Positions 19,193-28,085 of a DNA stretch of 64,000 bases are shown in pieces. Numbering within the stretch: the first letter of the stretch is position 1; each line of letters opens with the position of its first letter. Under the pieces are notes generated by a model. It ran no database searches, was not told where the DNA came from, and worked only from the letters and a program-made list of their open reading frames with translations. Made by a program: the position numbers and the translations under genes. Source of the DNA: Candidatus Onthovivens sp. (lineage in GTDB: Bacteria; Bacillota_I; Bacilli_A; RFN20; CAG-826); NCBI GenBank assembly GCA_035270825.1, contig DATESL010000028.1, positions 1,064 to 65,063 on the forward strand, read 5' to 3'.

Positions 19193-19676
19193 GAGAGTTT
19201 TTAAAAGCAACTCTTGCTGATCTTGAGACTCTTAACCATTTGTATATTGAGGCTCGCGAGATTATGAAAGAAAGTGATAATTATTTTCAATGGGGTGATG
19301 TTCGTCCAAGTCTTGAATATTTGATTGAGTTAATTAATGAGAATTTATTATATAAAGTTGTTGAAAATAATCAAATTATTGGTGCCTTTTATGTTGTTGA
19401 ACACGATGAACTTTATGAATCAGAGGAAGAAAAATGGTTAAATTATGATCCTTATCTTGCTCTTCATTTAGTTGGTAAAACAAAAAAGCCCGTGGAGTTT
19501 TCAAATCGATTATTAATTATTTATTTACTTTGACAGACAATATTCGTTTAGATACCTTTAAAACGAACAAAATAATGCTTACTTTATTAGAAAAAGAGGG
19601 ATTTCAACCACTGGGAGAACTCTTTTTAGCCGAAGCAAATGAGAATGTCCTTATCTTTAGTAAAAATAAAACTTGA
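19189..19676 (+). pseudogene. GNAT family N-acetyltransferase interrupted by a single frameshift at an A6 homopolymer
   Basis: Frame 1 (19189-19533) encodes the GNAT N-terminal half. The -1 frame from about 19482 reads KKARGVFKSIINYLFTLTDNIRLDTFKTNKIMLTLLEKEGFQPLGELFLAEANENVLIFSKNKT, stop 19674-19676, which is the GNAT motif A/B half. One extra A in the run 19482-19487 would restore an about 162-aa ORF. Confidence 0.75.
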
Positions 19677-19730
19677 AGTAAAGCCAACTTATTGCTAGAA
19701 TAATTCATGCTATGGAAATAGCAATTAGGT

Positions 19731-19806
19731 GGACCAGTGGTGTAGCGGTTAACATGCCACTCTGTCACAGTGGAGATCGCGAGTTCGATTCTCGTCTGGT
19801 CCGCCA
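19731..19806 (+). tRNA. tRNA-Asp (GTC), CCA encoded
   Basis: Manual cloverleaf: acceptor GGACCAG/CTGGTCC, D-stem GTGT/ACAT, anticodon stem CCACT/AGTGG with loop CTGTCAC, T-arm GCGAG-TTCGATT-CTCGT; 76 nt. Confidence 0.9.
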
Positions 19807-19829
19807 ATTTTTTTTAAAAAAATGTATAT

Positions 19830-19905
19830 GGCCCGGTAGCTCAGTAGGTAGAGCAAAGGACTGAAAATCCTTGTGTCCCCGGTTCGAGCCCGGGTTGGGC
19901 CACCA
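19830..19905 (+). tRNA. tRNA-Phe (GAA), CCA encoded
   Basis: Manual cloverleaf: acceptor GGCCCGG/TTGGGCC, D-arm GCTC-AGTAGGTA-GAGC, anticodon stem AAGGA/TCCTT with loop CTGAAAA, T-arm CCCGG-TTCGAGC-CCGGG; 76 nt. Confidence 0.9.
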
Positions 19906-19916
19906 TTTATAAAAAT

Positions 19917-19937
19917 AGCATCAGTGATGCTTTTTTA
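19917..19937 (+). terminator. Rho-independent terminator after the tRNA pair
   Basis: agcatc (19917-19922) / agt / gatgct (19926-19931), followed by a T-run. Confidence 0.6.
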
Positions 19938-19982
19938 TTTGCCTAAATTGTAAAATTAGTCGATTTATAGTATAATTAATAT

Positions 19983-20441
19983 ATGAAGATTGAATTTAAG
20001 AAAGCGAAAGTAAAAGATTTAGACTTAATTATTGAATTTATTTACAAGATGGCTCGCTATGAAAAACTTGAACACGAAGTGACCCTCACTAAAGAGGATC
20101 TTTTTTACTATGTTTTTAAAACTAAACTAGTTAAGGTCCTTTTTTTACACGTAAATAAAAAACCAGTTGGTTTTGTTTTATATTATTATAATTTTTCAAC
20201 CTTTAAAGGACGCGCTGGAATTCATATTGAAGACATCTTTATATTAGAAGAACATCGTCGTCAAGGTTATGGGAAATTAATTATTAATAAATTAATTGAA
20301 GAAGCAAAAAATAAACATCTTGGAAGAATTGAGTGGGTTTGTTTAAAATGGAACGAAAAATCCTTAGAATTTTATCGTTCTTTAGGAGCAAGCGAAATGA
20401 ATGAATGGGCTTTTCTGCGTCTTGATGAGAGTGATTTTTAA
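19983..20441 (+). CDS. GNAT family N-acetyltransferase (diamine/SpeG-like)
   Basis: 152 aa; acetyl-CoA motif A EEHRRQGYGKLIINKLIEEA and C-terminal NEKSLEFYRSLGA. Confidence 0.8.
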   Translation: MKIEFKKAKVKDLDLIIEFIYKMARYEKLEHEVTLTKEDLFYYVFKTKLVKVLFLHVNKKPVGFVLYYYNFSTFKGRAGIHIEDIFILEEHRRQGYGKLIINKLIEEAKNKHLGRIEWVCLKWNEKSLEFYRSLGASEMNEWAFLRLDESDF

Positions 20442-20547
20442 CACTTAATAATCAAAGATTTTAAGATCTCTTGATTTGATTAATTTTCTCTTAAGTTTTT
20501 AGTCCAAATAATATATAATTATAATGTTTAACAAAGGAGCTTTTAAT

Positions 20548-21033
20548 ATGGTTATAAAAAAAGAAGCAGTTGATAAAATTGTGGAGATTTGTGCCCGTTA
20601 TAAAAACGAACCATCACCACTAATGCTCGTCCTTTCGGACACCCAAAAAGAATATGGATATATTCCTCTTGAAGTTCAAGAAGTAATTGCAAAAGAATTA
20701 GATATCCCAGCAAGCGATATTTATGGCGTTGTTACTTTTTATAGTTTTTTCTCATTAACACCAAAAGGAAAATTTGTTGTTGGAGTTTGTTTAGGAACTG
20801 CTTGTTATGTTAAAGGTGGACAAAACCTTTTAGATAAATTCTCAGAATTATTAAAAATTAAAGCCGGCCAAACAACCGAGGACGGTCTTTTTACTTTAGA
20901 TGCTTTACGTTGTATTGGAGCTTGTGGTATTGCCCCTGCTTTAACAATCAATGGTAAAGTTTATCCAAAAGTTTCGACAAATGATGTCGGTAAAATTATA
21001 CAAGAGTATAAGAATTTAGCTAAGGAGAACTAA
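20548..21033 (+). CDS. hydC: NuoE-like [2Fe-2S] subunit of a bifurcating-type [FeFe]-hydrogenase (HydC)
   Basis: 161 aa from ATG 20548 (AAAGGAG RBS); thioredoxin-like 2Fe-2S cysteines GVCLGTACYVKG and LRCIGACGIAP. Confidence 0.85.
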   Translation: MVIKKEAVDKIVEICARYKNEPSPLMLVLSDTQKEYGYIPLEVQEVIAKELDIPASDIYGVVTFYSFFSLTPKGKFVVGVCLGTACYVKGGQNLLDKFSELLKIKAGQTTEDGLFTLDALRCIGACGIAPALTINGKVYPKVSTNDVGKIIQEYKNLAKEN

Positions 21034-21034
21034 A

Positions 21035-22912
21035 ATGGCAATCACTAAAATTAAAAATGAAGCTGAACTAGCTGCTAAAATTCAAAGTTGTGGCAAATGT
21101 TTAGAAGAAAAATTCTCTGGTAAAGATGGTAAAAGACATCTTTGTGTTTGTGGAGGGACTGGTTGTTTATCCTCTGAATCACAAGAAATTCTTGATCGTT
21201 TACAACAATTAATTGTTGAAAACAATCTAGAAGATGTAGCAACAGTTAATGTTGTTGGTTGTTTTGGTTTTTGCTCACAAGGACCATTTGTTAAAATTTA
21301 TCCAGAAGATAGATTATATCGCACAGTTAAAGTTTCTGATTGTGAACGAATTATTAAAGAAGACATTATTGATGGAAAATTAATTGAAGATCTTTTATAT
21401 GAAGATCCAAATACTCATGAAAAAATTGAAAGACAAGACGACATCGCTTTCTATAAGAAACAAATTCGTATTGCTTTACATGGTTGTGGAACAATTAACC
21501 CTGAAGAACTTGATGAATCTTTTGGAAGTGAAGGCTTAGTTGCTTTATTAAAAGTTTTAAAAACAGACCGCCAAGAAGTTATTAAAGAAATTCTTGATAG
21601 TGGTTTAAGAGGCCGTGGAGGTGGTGGATTCCCTACTGGCCGTAAATGGCAATTTGCCTATGATCAAAAAAATGACACCAAATATGTTGTTTGTAATGGT
21701 GATGAGGGCGATCCAGGTGCATTCATGGACCGTTCAATTTTAGAAGGAAACCCAGTTTCAGTTATTGAAGGAATGATGATTGCAGGTTATGCAATTGGTG
21801 CTGAAAATGGTTATTTCTATGTTCGCGCTGAATATCCTACTGCTTTAGCTCGTTTAAGAAAAGCAATTAAAGAATTAGAAGAAATTGGAATCCTTGGTGA
21901 TAATATCCTTGGAACTGGTTTTAATTTTAGATGTCATATTCGTTTAGGAGCTGGAGCCTTTGTTTGTGGTGAAGAAACTGCTCTTTTAAACTCAATTGAA
22001 GGACAAAGAGGAATGCCTCGTCCACGTCCACCATTCCCTGCTGTTAAAGGATTATGGGGACGACCAACTATTATTAATAACGTTGAAACACTGGCCTGTA
22101 TTCCATACATTATTCGTGTTGGGGCAAGTGAATTTGCAAAAATTGGTACCGAAAAGAGTAAAGGTACTAAAGTTTTTGCTTTAGGCGGAAAAGTTAAAAA
22201 CGTTGGCTTAGTTGAAGTTCCAATGGGAACTACATTAAGAGAATTAATTTATGATATTGGTGGTGGAATTCCTGATGAAAAAGAATTCTTAGCCATTCAA
22301 ACTGGTGGTCCAAGTGGAGGTTGTTTAACAGCAGCCGAACTTGATACCCCAATTGATTATGATAACTTAATTGCAAAAGGTTCAATGATGGGAAGTGGCG
22401 GAGCCATTGTTATGGATGTCGATAACTGTATGGTCGATGTTGCAAAATTCTATCTTGAATTTATTTGTGATGAAAGCTGTGGAAAATGTTCCCCATGCCG
22501 TATTGGTACGAAAAGATTATTAGAAATTTTAACTCGTATTACAGAAGGAAGAGGGACTCGCGAAGATATCGATAAACTTGAAACTTTATCTGAGGCCATT
22601 CAAGTTGGTAGTTTATGTGGTCTTGGTCAAACTGCTTCAAATCCTGTTTTATCAACGATTACTAAATTTAGAGATGTTTATTATCGTCATATTGATGATA
22701 AAGCTTGTGATGCCGGAGTTTGTAAAAAACTTATTAGTTTTGTGGTCGACCCAATAAAATGTAAAAAATGTTCATTATGTGCTCGTAACTGTCCTGTTAA
22801 TTGTATTAGTGGGGTTATTGGTAAAGAACCATATTTTATTGATCAAGCTAAGTGTATTAAATGTGGCAGTTGTTTTACAGCATGTAAATTCGACGCAATA
22901 ATTAAGAAATAA
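21035..22912 (+). CDS. hydB: NuoF-like NAD(H)/FMN-binding Fe-S subunit (HydB)
   Basis: 625 aa. N-terminal 2Fe-2S (CVCGGTGC...CFGFCSQGP), FMN/NADH site GLRGRGGGGFPTGRKW, 4Fe-4S ESCGKCSPCRIG, and C-terminal 2x[4Fe-4S] CKKCSLCARNCP / CIKCGSCFTACK. Confidence 0.9.
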   Translation: MAITKIKNEAELAAKIQSCGKCLEEKFSGKDGKRHLCVCGGTGCLSSESQEILDRLQQLIVENNLEDVATVNVVGCFGFCSQGPFVKIYPEDRLYRTVKVSDCERIIKEDIIDGKLIEDLLYEDPNTHEKIERQDDIAFYKKQIRIALHGCGTINPEELDESFGSEGLVALLKVLKTDRQEVIKEILDSGLRGRGGGGFPTGRKWQFAYDQKNDTKYVVCNGDEGDPGAFMDRSILEGNPVSVIEGMMIAGYAIGAENGYFYVRAEYPTALARLRKAIKELEEIGILGDNILGTGFNFRCHIRLGAGAFVCGEETALLNSIEGQRGMPRPRPPFPAVKGLWGRPTIINNVETLACIPYIIRVGASEFAKIGTEKSKGTKVFALGGKVKNVGLVEVPMGTTLRELIYDIGGGIPDEKEFLAIQTGGPSGGCLTAAELDTPIDYDNLIAKGSMMGSGGAIVMDVDNCMVDVAKFYLEFICDESCGKCSPCRIGTKRLLEILTRITEGRGTREDIDKLETLSEAIQVGSLCGLGQTASNPVLSTITKFRDVYYRHIDDKACDAGVCKKLISFVVDPIKCKKCSLCARNCPVNCISGVIGKEPYFIDQAKCIKCGSCFTACKFDAIIKK

Positions 22913-22922
22913 GGAGAAAACC

Positions 22923-24698
22923 ATGGCTAAAATTACTATTTATATTGAATCTAAACCTTATCAAGTAGAGGAAGGTTTAACAGTCTTAGAGGCTTGTAGA
23001 GAATGTGGCTTTAATATTCCATCCTTATGTACCTGGAAAAATGGCGAATGTTCAGTGGCAAGTTGCCGTGTTTGTTTAGTTAAAATTGAGGGTGAAAGAG
23101 GATTATCACCAAGCTGTGCTTATCCAATAAGAGACGGAATGAAGATTTCAATTTCTGATCCACAAGCTGTTGAGGCTCGTCGAATCTCAGTTGAATTACT
23201 GCTTTCAAATCATAACTGGAACTGTCAAGCATGCCGTAAAAACGGACAATGTGAATTATTAGAAGTTGCTCAAAGAGTTGGAGCTCGCCCTGATATTTTC
23301 CCTGGTTCAAAAACTAAAACAACAATTGATACAATTGCTCCAGGATTAGTTCGTGATACTTCAAAATGTATTTTATGTGGACGCTGTGTTGAAGCTTGTA
23401 AAATTACTCAAGGCTTAGGAATTCTTGGCTTTGAAAATAGAGGCTTTGAAACAATCGTTGCTCCAATTGGTAATAAATCCTTTGCTGATGTTCCTTGTAT
23501 TCAATGCGGACAATGTACGCTTGTTTGTCCAACTGGCGCTTTAATGGAACATGATGAAATTTCCAAACTTGATGAAGCCATGAAGGCTGGCAAAAAAATT
23601 ATTGTTCAAACTGCACCTGCAGTTCGAGCTGCAATTGGTGAAGAATTTGGTGAAAAAATTGGAACTCGTTCTACTGGCAAAATGGTTGCTGCTCTTCACC
23701 GTTTAGGTTTCTATCGCGTCTTTGATACAAACTTTGGTGCTGACTTAACAATTACCGAAGAAGCAAATGAATTTGTCACTCGCTTTACAAGTAAGGTCAA
23801 AGGACCAATGATTACATCTTGCTCACCTGGTTGGGTTAATTATATGGAATATTACTACAGTGATTTAATTCCTCATTTATCCACATGTAAATCTCCTCAT
23901 CAAATGATGGGTGCGATTATTAAATCTTATTATGCTCAAAAATCAAACATTGATCCAAACGATATTTGTGTTGTTTCAATTATGCCATGTGTGGCTAAAA
24001 AGTTTGAAAAAGAAAGAGATCATCAAAGTGTTGATGGTTTAAAAGATGTTGATGTCGTTTTAACAACAAGAGAACTTGCTCGCTTAATTAAAAGAAGTGG
24101 AATTATCTGGTCAAAACTTCCTGATGAAGAATTTGATGATGATTTAATTGGTGATTATAGTGGTGCTGGAGCAATCTTTGGAGTTACAGGTGGAGTGATG
24201 GAGGCTGCTATTAGAACCGCTCATTACTTAATTACTAAAAAAGAATTAGAACCAATCGTTTTTGAACCAGCTCGTGGTTTAAAAGCAATTAAGGAAGCTA
24301 CTCTTGATATTGAAGGAACTAAAGTTAAAATCGCAATTGTTAGCGGAATGAGCAATGCCAAAGTCTTACTTGATCAAATTAGAGATGGCCAATCCCCTTA
24401 TGATTTTATTGAAATTATGGGTTGTCCAGGAGGTTGTATTAATGGTGGAGGTCAACCATATGTCTTCCCAGTCTTCCTTCCTAATGAAGATGCTGATATT
24501 AATGAAAAATATCGTGAATTAAGAGCTAAAACTTTATATGAAGAAGATGAAACACGTAAAGTTAGAAGATCTCATTTAAATCCTGATATTATTAAATTAT
24601 ATAATGATTTCTTAGGAGAATATGGTTCACATGTTTCTCATAAATACTTACATACTTCCTTTAATGCTAAACGCGAAAAATATCCAACAAAAAAATAG
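22923..24698 (+). CDS. hydA: [FeFe]-hydrogenase catalytic subunit, M3 architecture (HydA)
   Basis: N-terminal 2Fe-2S, His-ligated 4Fe-4S (HNWNCQACRKNGQC), and two ferredoxin 4Fe-4S motifs (CILCGRCVEAC, CIQCGQCTLVCP). H-cluster motifs are TSCSPGW (variant of TSCCPxW), MPCVAKKFE and EIMGCPGGCINGGGQP. Confidence 0.9.
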   Translation: MAKITIYIESKPYQVEEGLTVLEACRECGFNIPSLCTWKNGECSVASCRVCLVKIEGERGLSPSCAYPIRDGMKISISDPQAVEARRISVELLLSNHNWNCQACRKNGQCELLEVAQRVGARPDIFPGSKTKTTIDTIAPGLVRDTSKCILCGRCVEACKITQGLGILGFENRGFETIVAPIGNKSFADVPCIQCGQCTLVCPTGALMEHDEISKLDEAMKAGKKIIVQTAPAVRAAIGEEFGEKIGTRSTGKMVAALHRLGFYRVFDTNFGADLTITEEANEFVTRFTSKVKGPMITSCSPGWVNYMEYYYSDLIPHLSTCKSPHQMMGAIIKSYYAQKSNIDPNDICVVSIMPCVAKKFEKERDHQSVDGLKDVDVVLTTRELARLIKRSGIIWSKLPDEEFDDDLIGDYSGAGAIFGVTGGVMEAAIRTAHYLITKKELEPIVFEPARGLKAIKEATLDIEGTKVKIAIVSGMSNAKVLLDQIRDGQSPYDFIEIMGCPGGCINGGGQPYVFPVFLPNEDADINEKYRELRAKTLYEEDETRKVRRSHLNPDIIKLYNDFLGEYGSHVSHKYLHTSFNAKREKYPTKK

Positions 24699-24711
24699 TA
24701 TTTAAAATTAA

Positions 24712-24748
24712 AAAAAGGATTGAATATAATTGATTCAATCCTTTTTTC
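24712..24748. terminator. Bidirectional terminator between convergent hydA and the PAP2 gene
   Basis: ggattgaat (24717-24725) / ataattg / attcaatcc (24733-24741), flanked by an A-run and a T-run. Confidence 0.65.
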
Positions 24749-25352
24749 TTGCTAATTTTATTGTTATTTTTTGATATGTATAATCAAATGCTTTATATAA
24801 GGATAAAGGAGTGATTACTCCAAGGATTAATCCAGCAAGGACATCAGTAAAGTAGTGATGAATTAGGGCTAGACGCGATAGACCAATAAAGAAGGCAATG
24901 ATAATAAAAATAATAGAAATAATTAAAAGTGGTTTGGTTTCTAACTTATCAATAAATAAATAATAAAATAAAAGTGAAGTTGAAACACTAAAAGCTTGAT
25001 AAGTGTGAGAACTAAGAAAACTATAACCATCGATTGCAAAACCAAAAGGATCTAAATTATTATCAATAAAGGGACGGTTACGCATGGCAATATTTTTAAT
25101 TACTAATTCTCCAAGAACAACTGAAATAATTAAAACTATTAAAGCAAAGAAACCCGCCTTGCGAGTTCTTTTAAAAACGATTAAAGAAATAATTAATAAA
25201 AGCCAAATAATCGCGAAGTTTCCTAAACTTGAAAAGGTAATCCAAAAGGTTTTTAAAAATTCACTTTGCTCATGAAAGCGACTTGCAAAAAATTCAAAGA
25301 TACTTTGATCAAGAGGATTTATCCATGAATTAGCCAAAACTTGTAAAACCAT
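24735..25352 (-). CDS. PAP2 family lipid phosphatase (undecaprenyl-diphosphate or phosphatidate phosphatase-like)
   Basis: PAP2 motifs KNIAMRNRPF, SFLSSHT and SRLALIHHYFTDV. Start is uncertain: ATG 25352 is chosen, and the track uses TTG 25400; neither has a clear RBS. Confidence 0.75.
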   Translation of the reverse strand: MVLQVLANSWINPLDQSIFEFFASRFHEQSEFLKTFWITFSSLGNFAIIWLLLIISLIVFKRTRKAGFFALIVLIISVVLGELVIKNIAMRNRPFIDNNLDPFGFAIDGYSFLSSHTYQAFSVSTSLLFYYLFIDKLETKPLLIISIIFIIIAFFIGLSRLALIHHYFTDVLAGLILGVITPLSLYKAFDYTYQKITIKLARKKD

Positions 25353-25489
25353 ATTTAAATTGTAATATAAATTATCTAAATATATAATTAAATATATCAA
25401 TGTAAAGGAAAGTTTACATAAAATTACAAAAATATGCTATTATGCTACCTTATTTTATATAAAAGTATATTCATAACGGAGGTTTTATT

Positions 25490-26269
25490 ATGACAATAGA
25501 ATTAGCTTTACGACTTATTGAGTTTCGTAAAAAGAGTGGATTATCTCAAGATGAACTTGCCACTAAATTAAATGTAAGTCGCCAATCAATTTCAAAATGG
25601 GAAAGCGGAGAGAGCTCACCAAATATTGATTACTTAATTAGTTTAAGTAAAATTTATGGTGTAACTTTGGATGATTTAATCAATCCTGAGAAATCGGTTG
25701 ATGAATGTTATCAAGGTGAAAGAGAAGACTCAAAAAAGAAAAAGAAGGATCGAGTTGATATTTCACCAAATGGAATTTTTATCGATAACGAAGATGAACA
25801 TGTTCATATTTCTTTAGATGGGATTGACTTAGAAAATTTAAAAGATCGAGTTCATTTTGGGGAAAAAGGAGAAGATAGTGAAGTGATTTATGATAATATA
25901 ACTGGGAAAATAATTAAAAAAAGACCGCATATCAAAAACATTTCAAGTATTATTAATTTAACATGTCTCATCATGGCTTTAGTTGCTTATTTAGCAGTCT
26001 CTTTTACGGTTGATGGGGGCTGGGGCGTGTACTGGATTTTATTTATTTGTGCTCTAATTCCTGCTGAGATAGTTGAATGTTTTTATTATAAAAAAAGTTC
26101 GAAGTTTCCAATAACTTATATTGCTATTTCTACCTATTTATTTTTAGGAATGCTACAAGGAATGTGGCATCCAACATGGATCATCCTTTTAGCAATCCCA
26201 CTATATTATTTATTTTCTAATTTGGTAAATTCAATAATTGATGTTTCGAAAGAAAAAAGGCAAAAATAG
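25490..26269 (+). CDS. XRE-family HTH protein with a C-terminal multi-TM domain (membrane-anchored regulator)
   Basis: N-terminal HTH_3 pattern LRLIEFRKKSGLSQDELATKLNVSRQSISKWESGESSPNIDYLISLSKIYGVTLDDLI, a charged linker, then about 4 hydrophobic helices. Confidence 0.8.
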   Translation: MTIELALRLIEFRKKSGLSQDELATKLNVSRQSISKWESGESSPNIDYLISLSKIYGVTLDDLINPEKSVDECYQGEREDSKKKKKDRVDISPNGIFIDNEDEHVHISLDGIDLENLKDRVHFGEKGEDSEVIYDNITGKIIKKRPHIKNISSIINLTCLIMALVAYLAVSFTVDGGWGVYWILFICALIPAEIVECFYYKKSSKFPITYIAISTYLFLGMLQGMWHPTWIILLAIPLYYLFSNLVNSIIDVSKEKRQK

Positions 26270-26363
26270 TTGTGATATTTCTATCATAATTCTTCTTTAT
26301 AAATTATAATATATATGCGACTTGGTAAGTTAGATACATATTAAAGAAAAAGGAGAAGAATGT

Positions 26364-27200
26364 ATGAAATATAAAATAGTTTGTGATAGTAGTTCTAATC
26401 TCACTTCTGATTATTTAAAATCAGAAAAAGATATCGCTTTTGGGATTGCCCCATTAAGCATTTATGTTAAAGGAAAAGAGTTTGTCGATGATGATCATAT
26501 TGATGTTAACAAGCTTTTAGATGAAGTTAATGCCACTAGTGAAAAATCAACAAGTTCCTGTCCTTCCCCTCAAGATTTTATTAATAATTTTGAAGGTGCT
26601 GAAGAAGTTTTTTGTTTTACAATTACTTCTAAATTAAGCGGAGCATATAATAGTGCCTGTTTAGCAAAGGAATTAATGAAAGATCGTAATGAAAAGGTTT
26701 TTGTTTTAGATTCCAAATTAGTTGCTGGAACTATTGAGCAATTAGTTATTAAATGTGTGGAATTAATTAAAGAAGGCCTTGCTTATGAAGAAATTTGTCA
26801 AAAATTAGAAGAATATCGCGATTCGTTAAAGTTATTTTTTGCTTTAGATAAATTCGATAATCTTGTAAAAAATGGCCGTATGTCTAAAATTACTGCTTTA
26901 ATTGCGCAAATGATTGCTATTAAACCACTTTGTTATGGTGATAATGGTGAAATTAAAATTAAAGAGAAAATTCGTACCTTTAAAGGGGTTTTAGTTCGTT
27001 TAGCTTATAATATTGAAAAGTACGGGATTGATTTTTCAAGTCAAATCTGTATTATTTCTCATACTCGTAATGCTGAAGGAGCACAAAAATTAAAGGAGTT
27101 AATTGAAGCCACAACTAAATTTAAAGAAATTATTATTCGTGAAAACCGCGGATTATGTGCTTTTTATTCTCTAGATGGCGGAATCCTTTGTGCTTTTTAG
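26364..27200 (+). CDS. DegV family fatty-acid-binding protein (FakB-like)
   Basis: 278 aa; MKYKIVCDSSSNL start and overall DegV pattern (SSCPSPQDF, FTITSKLSGAYNSA). Confidence 0.85.
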   Translation: MKYKIVCDSSSNLTSDYLKSEKDIAFGIAPLSIYVKGKEFVDDDHIDVNKLLDEVNATSEKSTSSCPSPQDFINNFEGAEEVFCFTITSKLSGAYNSACLAKELMKDRNEKVFVLDSKLVAGTIEQLVIKCVELIKEGLAYEEICQKLEEYRDSLKLFFALDKFDNLVKNGRMSKITALIAQMIAIKPLCYGDNGEIKIKEKIRTFKGVLVRLAYNIEKYGIDFSSQICIISHTRNAEGAQKLKELIEATTKFKEIIIRENRGLCAFYSLDGGILCAF

Positions 27201-27210
27201 GTAAGTAAAG

Positions 27211-27996
27211 ATGCAAGTTGAAAAATTTAATGAGTTTAAGATTGAAAAAGTAGTTGTTAGTAAAATAGAAACGATTATTTCTATCTTTTTAAAAATCATT
27301 CTTTTAGGTATTGGAGTTGCAGGGGTCGTCCTTTCTTTTCCATATCTTTTTGAAGAGGGAATTAAATATTTTCTAGAGTTTGTTGAATTTCCTTTAATGT
27401 TAATTGCAACGCTAGTTATTTTTATTGAACTGATTTTTGATATTATTTATTTAATCACTGATAAGTATTATAAGAATAAATATTTATCAACCATTAAATT
27501 AGCCCTTATGGTCGCCCTAATTATTAATTTTTTTCAATACGCTATTTTAATGGCTCCATTTGTTGAAGTTTCTGTTTGGTTTGAACGAATTGATACTTTA
27601 TTTTTAGCAATTGTGGCTCCTATTATTTTAGTTACTGATTACATTTTAAGTGATTATTCATATCAATCAAAACGCTATTATGCTTATTTTGCTTTAATTC
27701 CTGGAACAATTTCGATGGGATTAAACTTTATTTTAACAAGTGGCTTTAATTTATTTGGTGATCAAGTTTTTATTAATTCTATTTATGATTACAATAAAAA
27801 TGGATGGTTTACTTTTGATTTATCTCTTTCAAATGCGAAAGAGGGAGTATATGGAATTGGGGTTGGATACTTAATTATTTTTGGAGCAATTTTAGCTATT
27901 TTGCTCGCACTGTTACTTTTGTTTATTAAGAATAAAAGACAGATTTCAAAGTATAATTTACAATTAGAAAAAAATCTATATCATCAAGATCTCTAG
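27211..27996 (+). CDS. Polytopic membrane protein of unknown function
   Basis: 261 aa with about 6-7 hydrophobic helices and no recognisable motif; starts 10 nt after degV. Confidence 0.5.
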   Translation: MQVEKFNEFKIEKVVVSKIETIISIFLKIILLGIGVAGVVLSFPYLFEEGIKYFLEFVEFPLMLIATLVIFIELIFDIIYLITDKYYKNKYLSTIKLALMVALIINFFQYAILMAPFVEVSVWFERIDTLFLAIVAPIILVTDYILSDYSYQSKRYYAYFALIPGTISMGLNFILTSGFNLFGDQVFINSIYDYNKNGWFTFDLSLSNAKEGVYGIGVGYLIIFGAILAILLALLLLFIKNKRQISKYNLQLEKNLYHQDL

Positions 27997-28085
27997 ATTT
28001 AAAATCTTTTTGTTTTTACTCTTTAAATTTGTATTTTATTTTTATATAATATTAATGATATTTTCATAAGGAGGATTGAGAAAAT

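Noticed and set aside
19604-19807. 67-aa minus-strand ORF
   Set aside because: It runs antisense across tRNA-Asp and the 3' part of the frameshifted GNAT gene. It has no RBS and is explained by those features.
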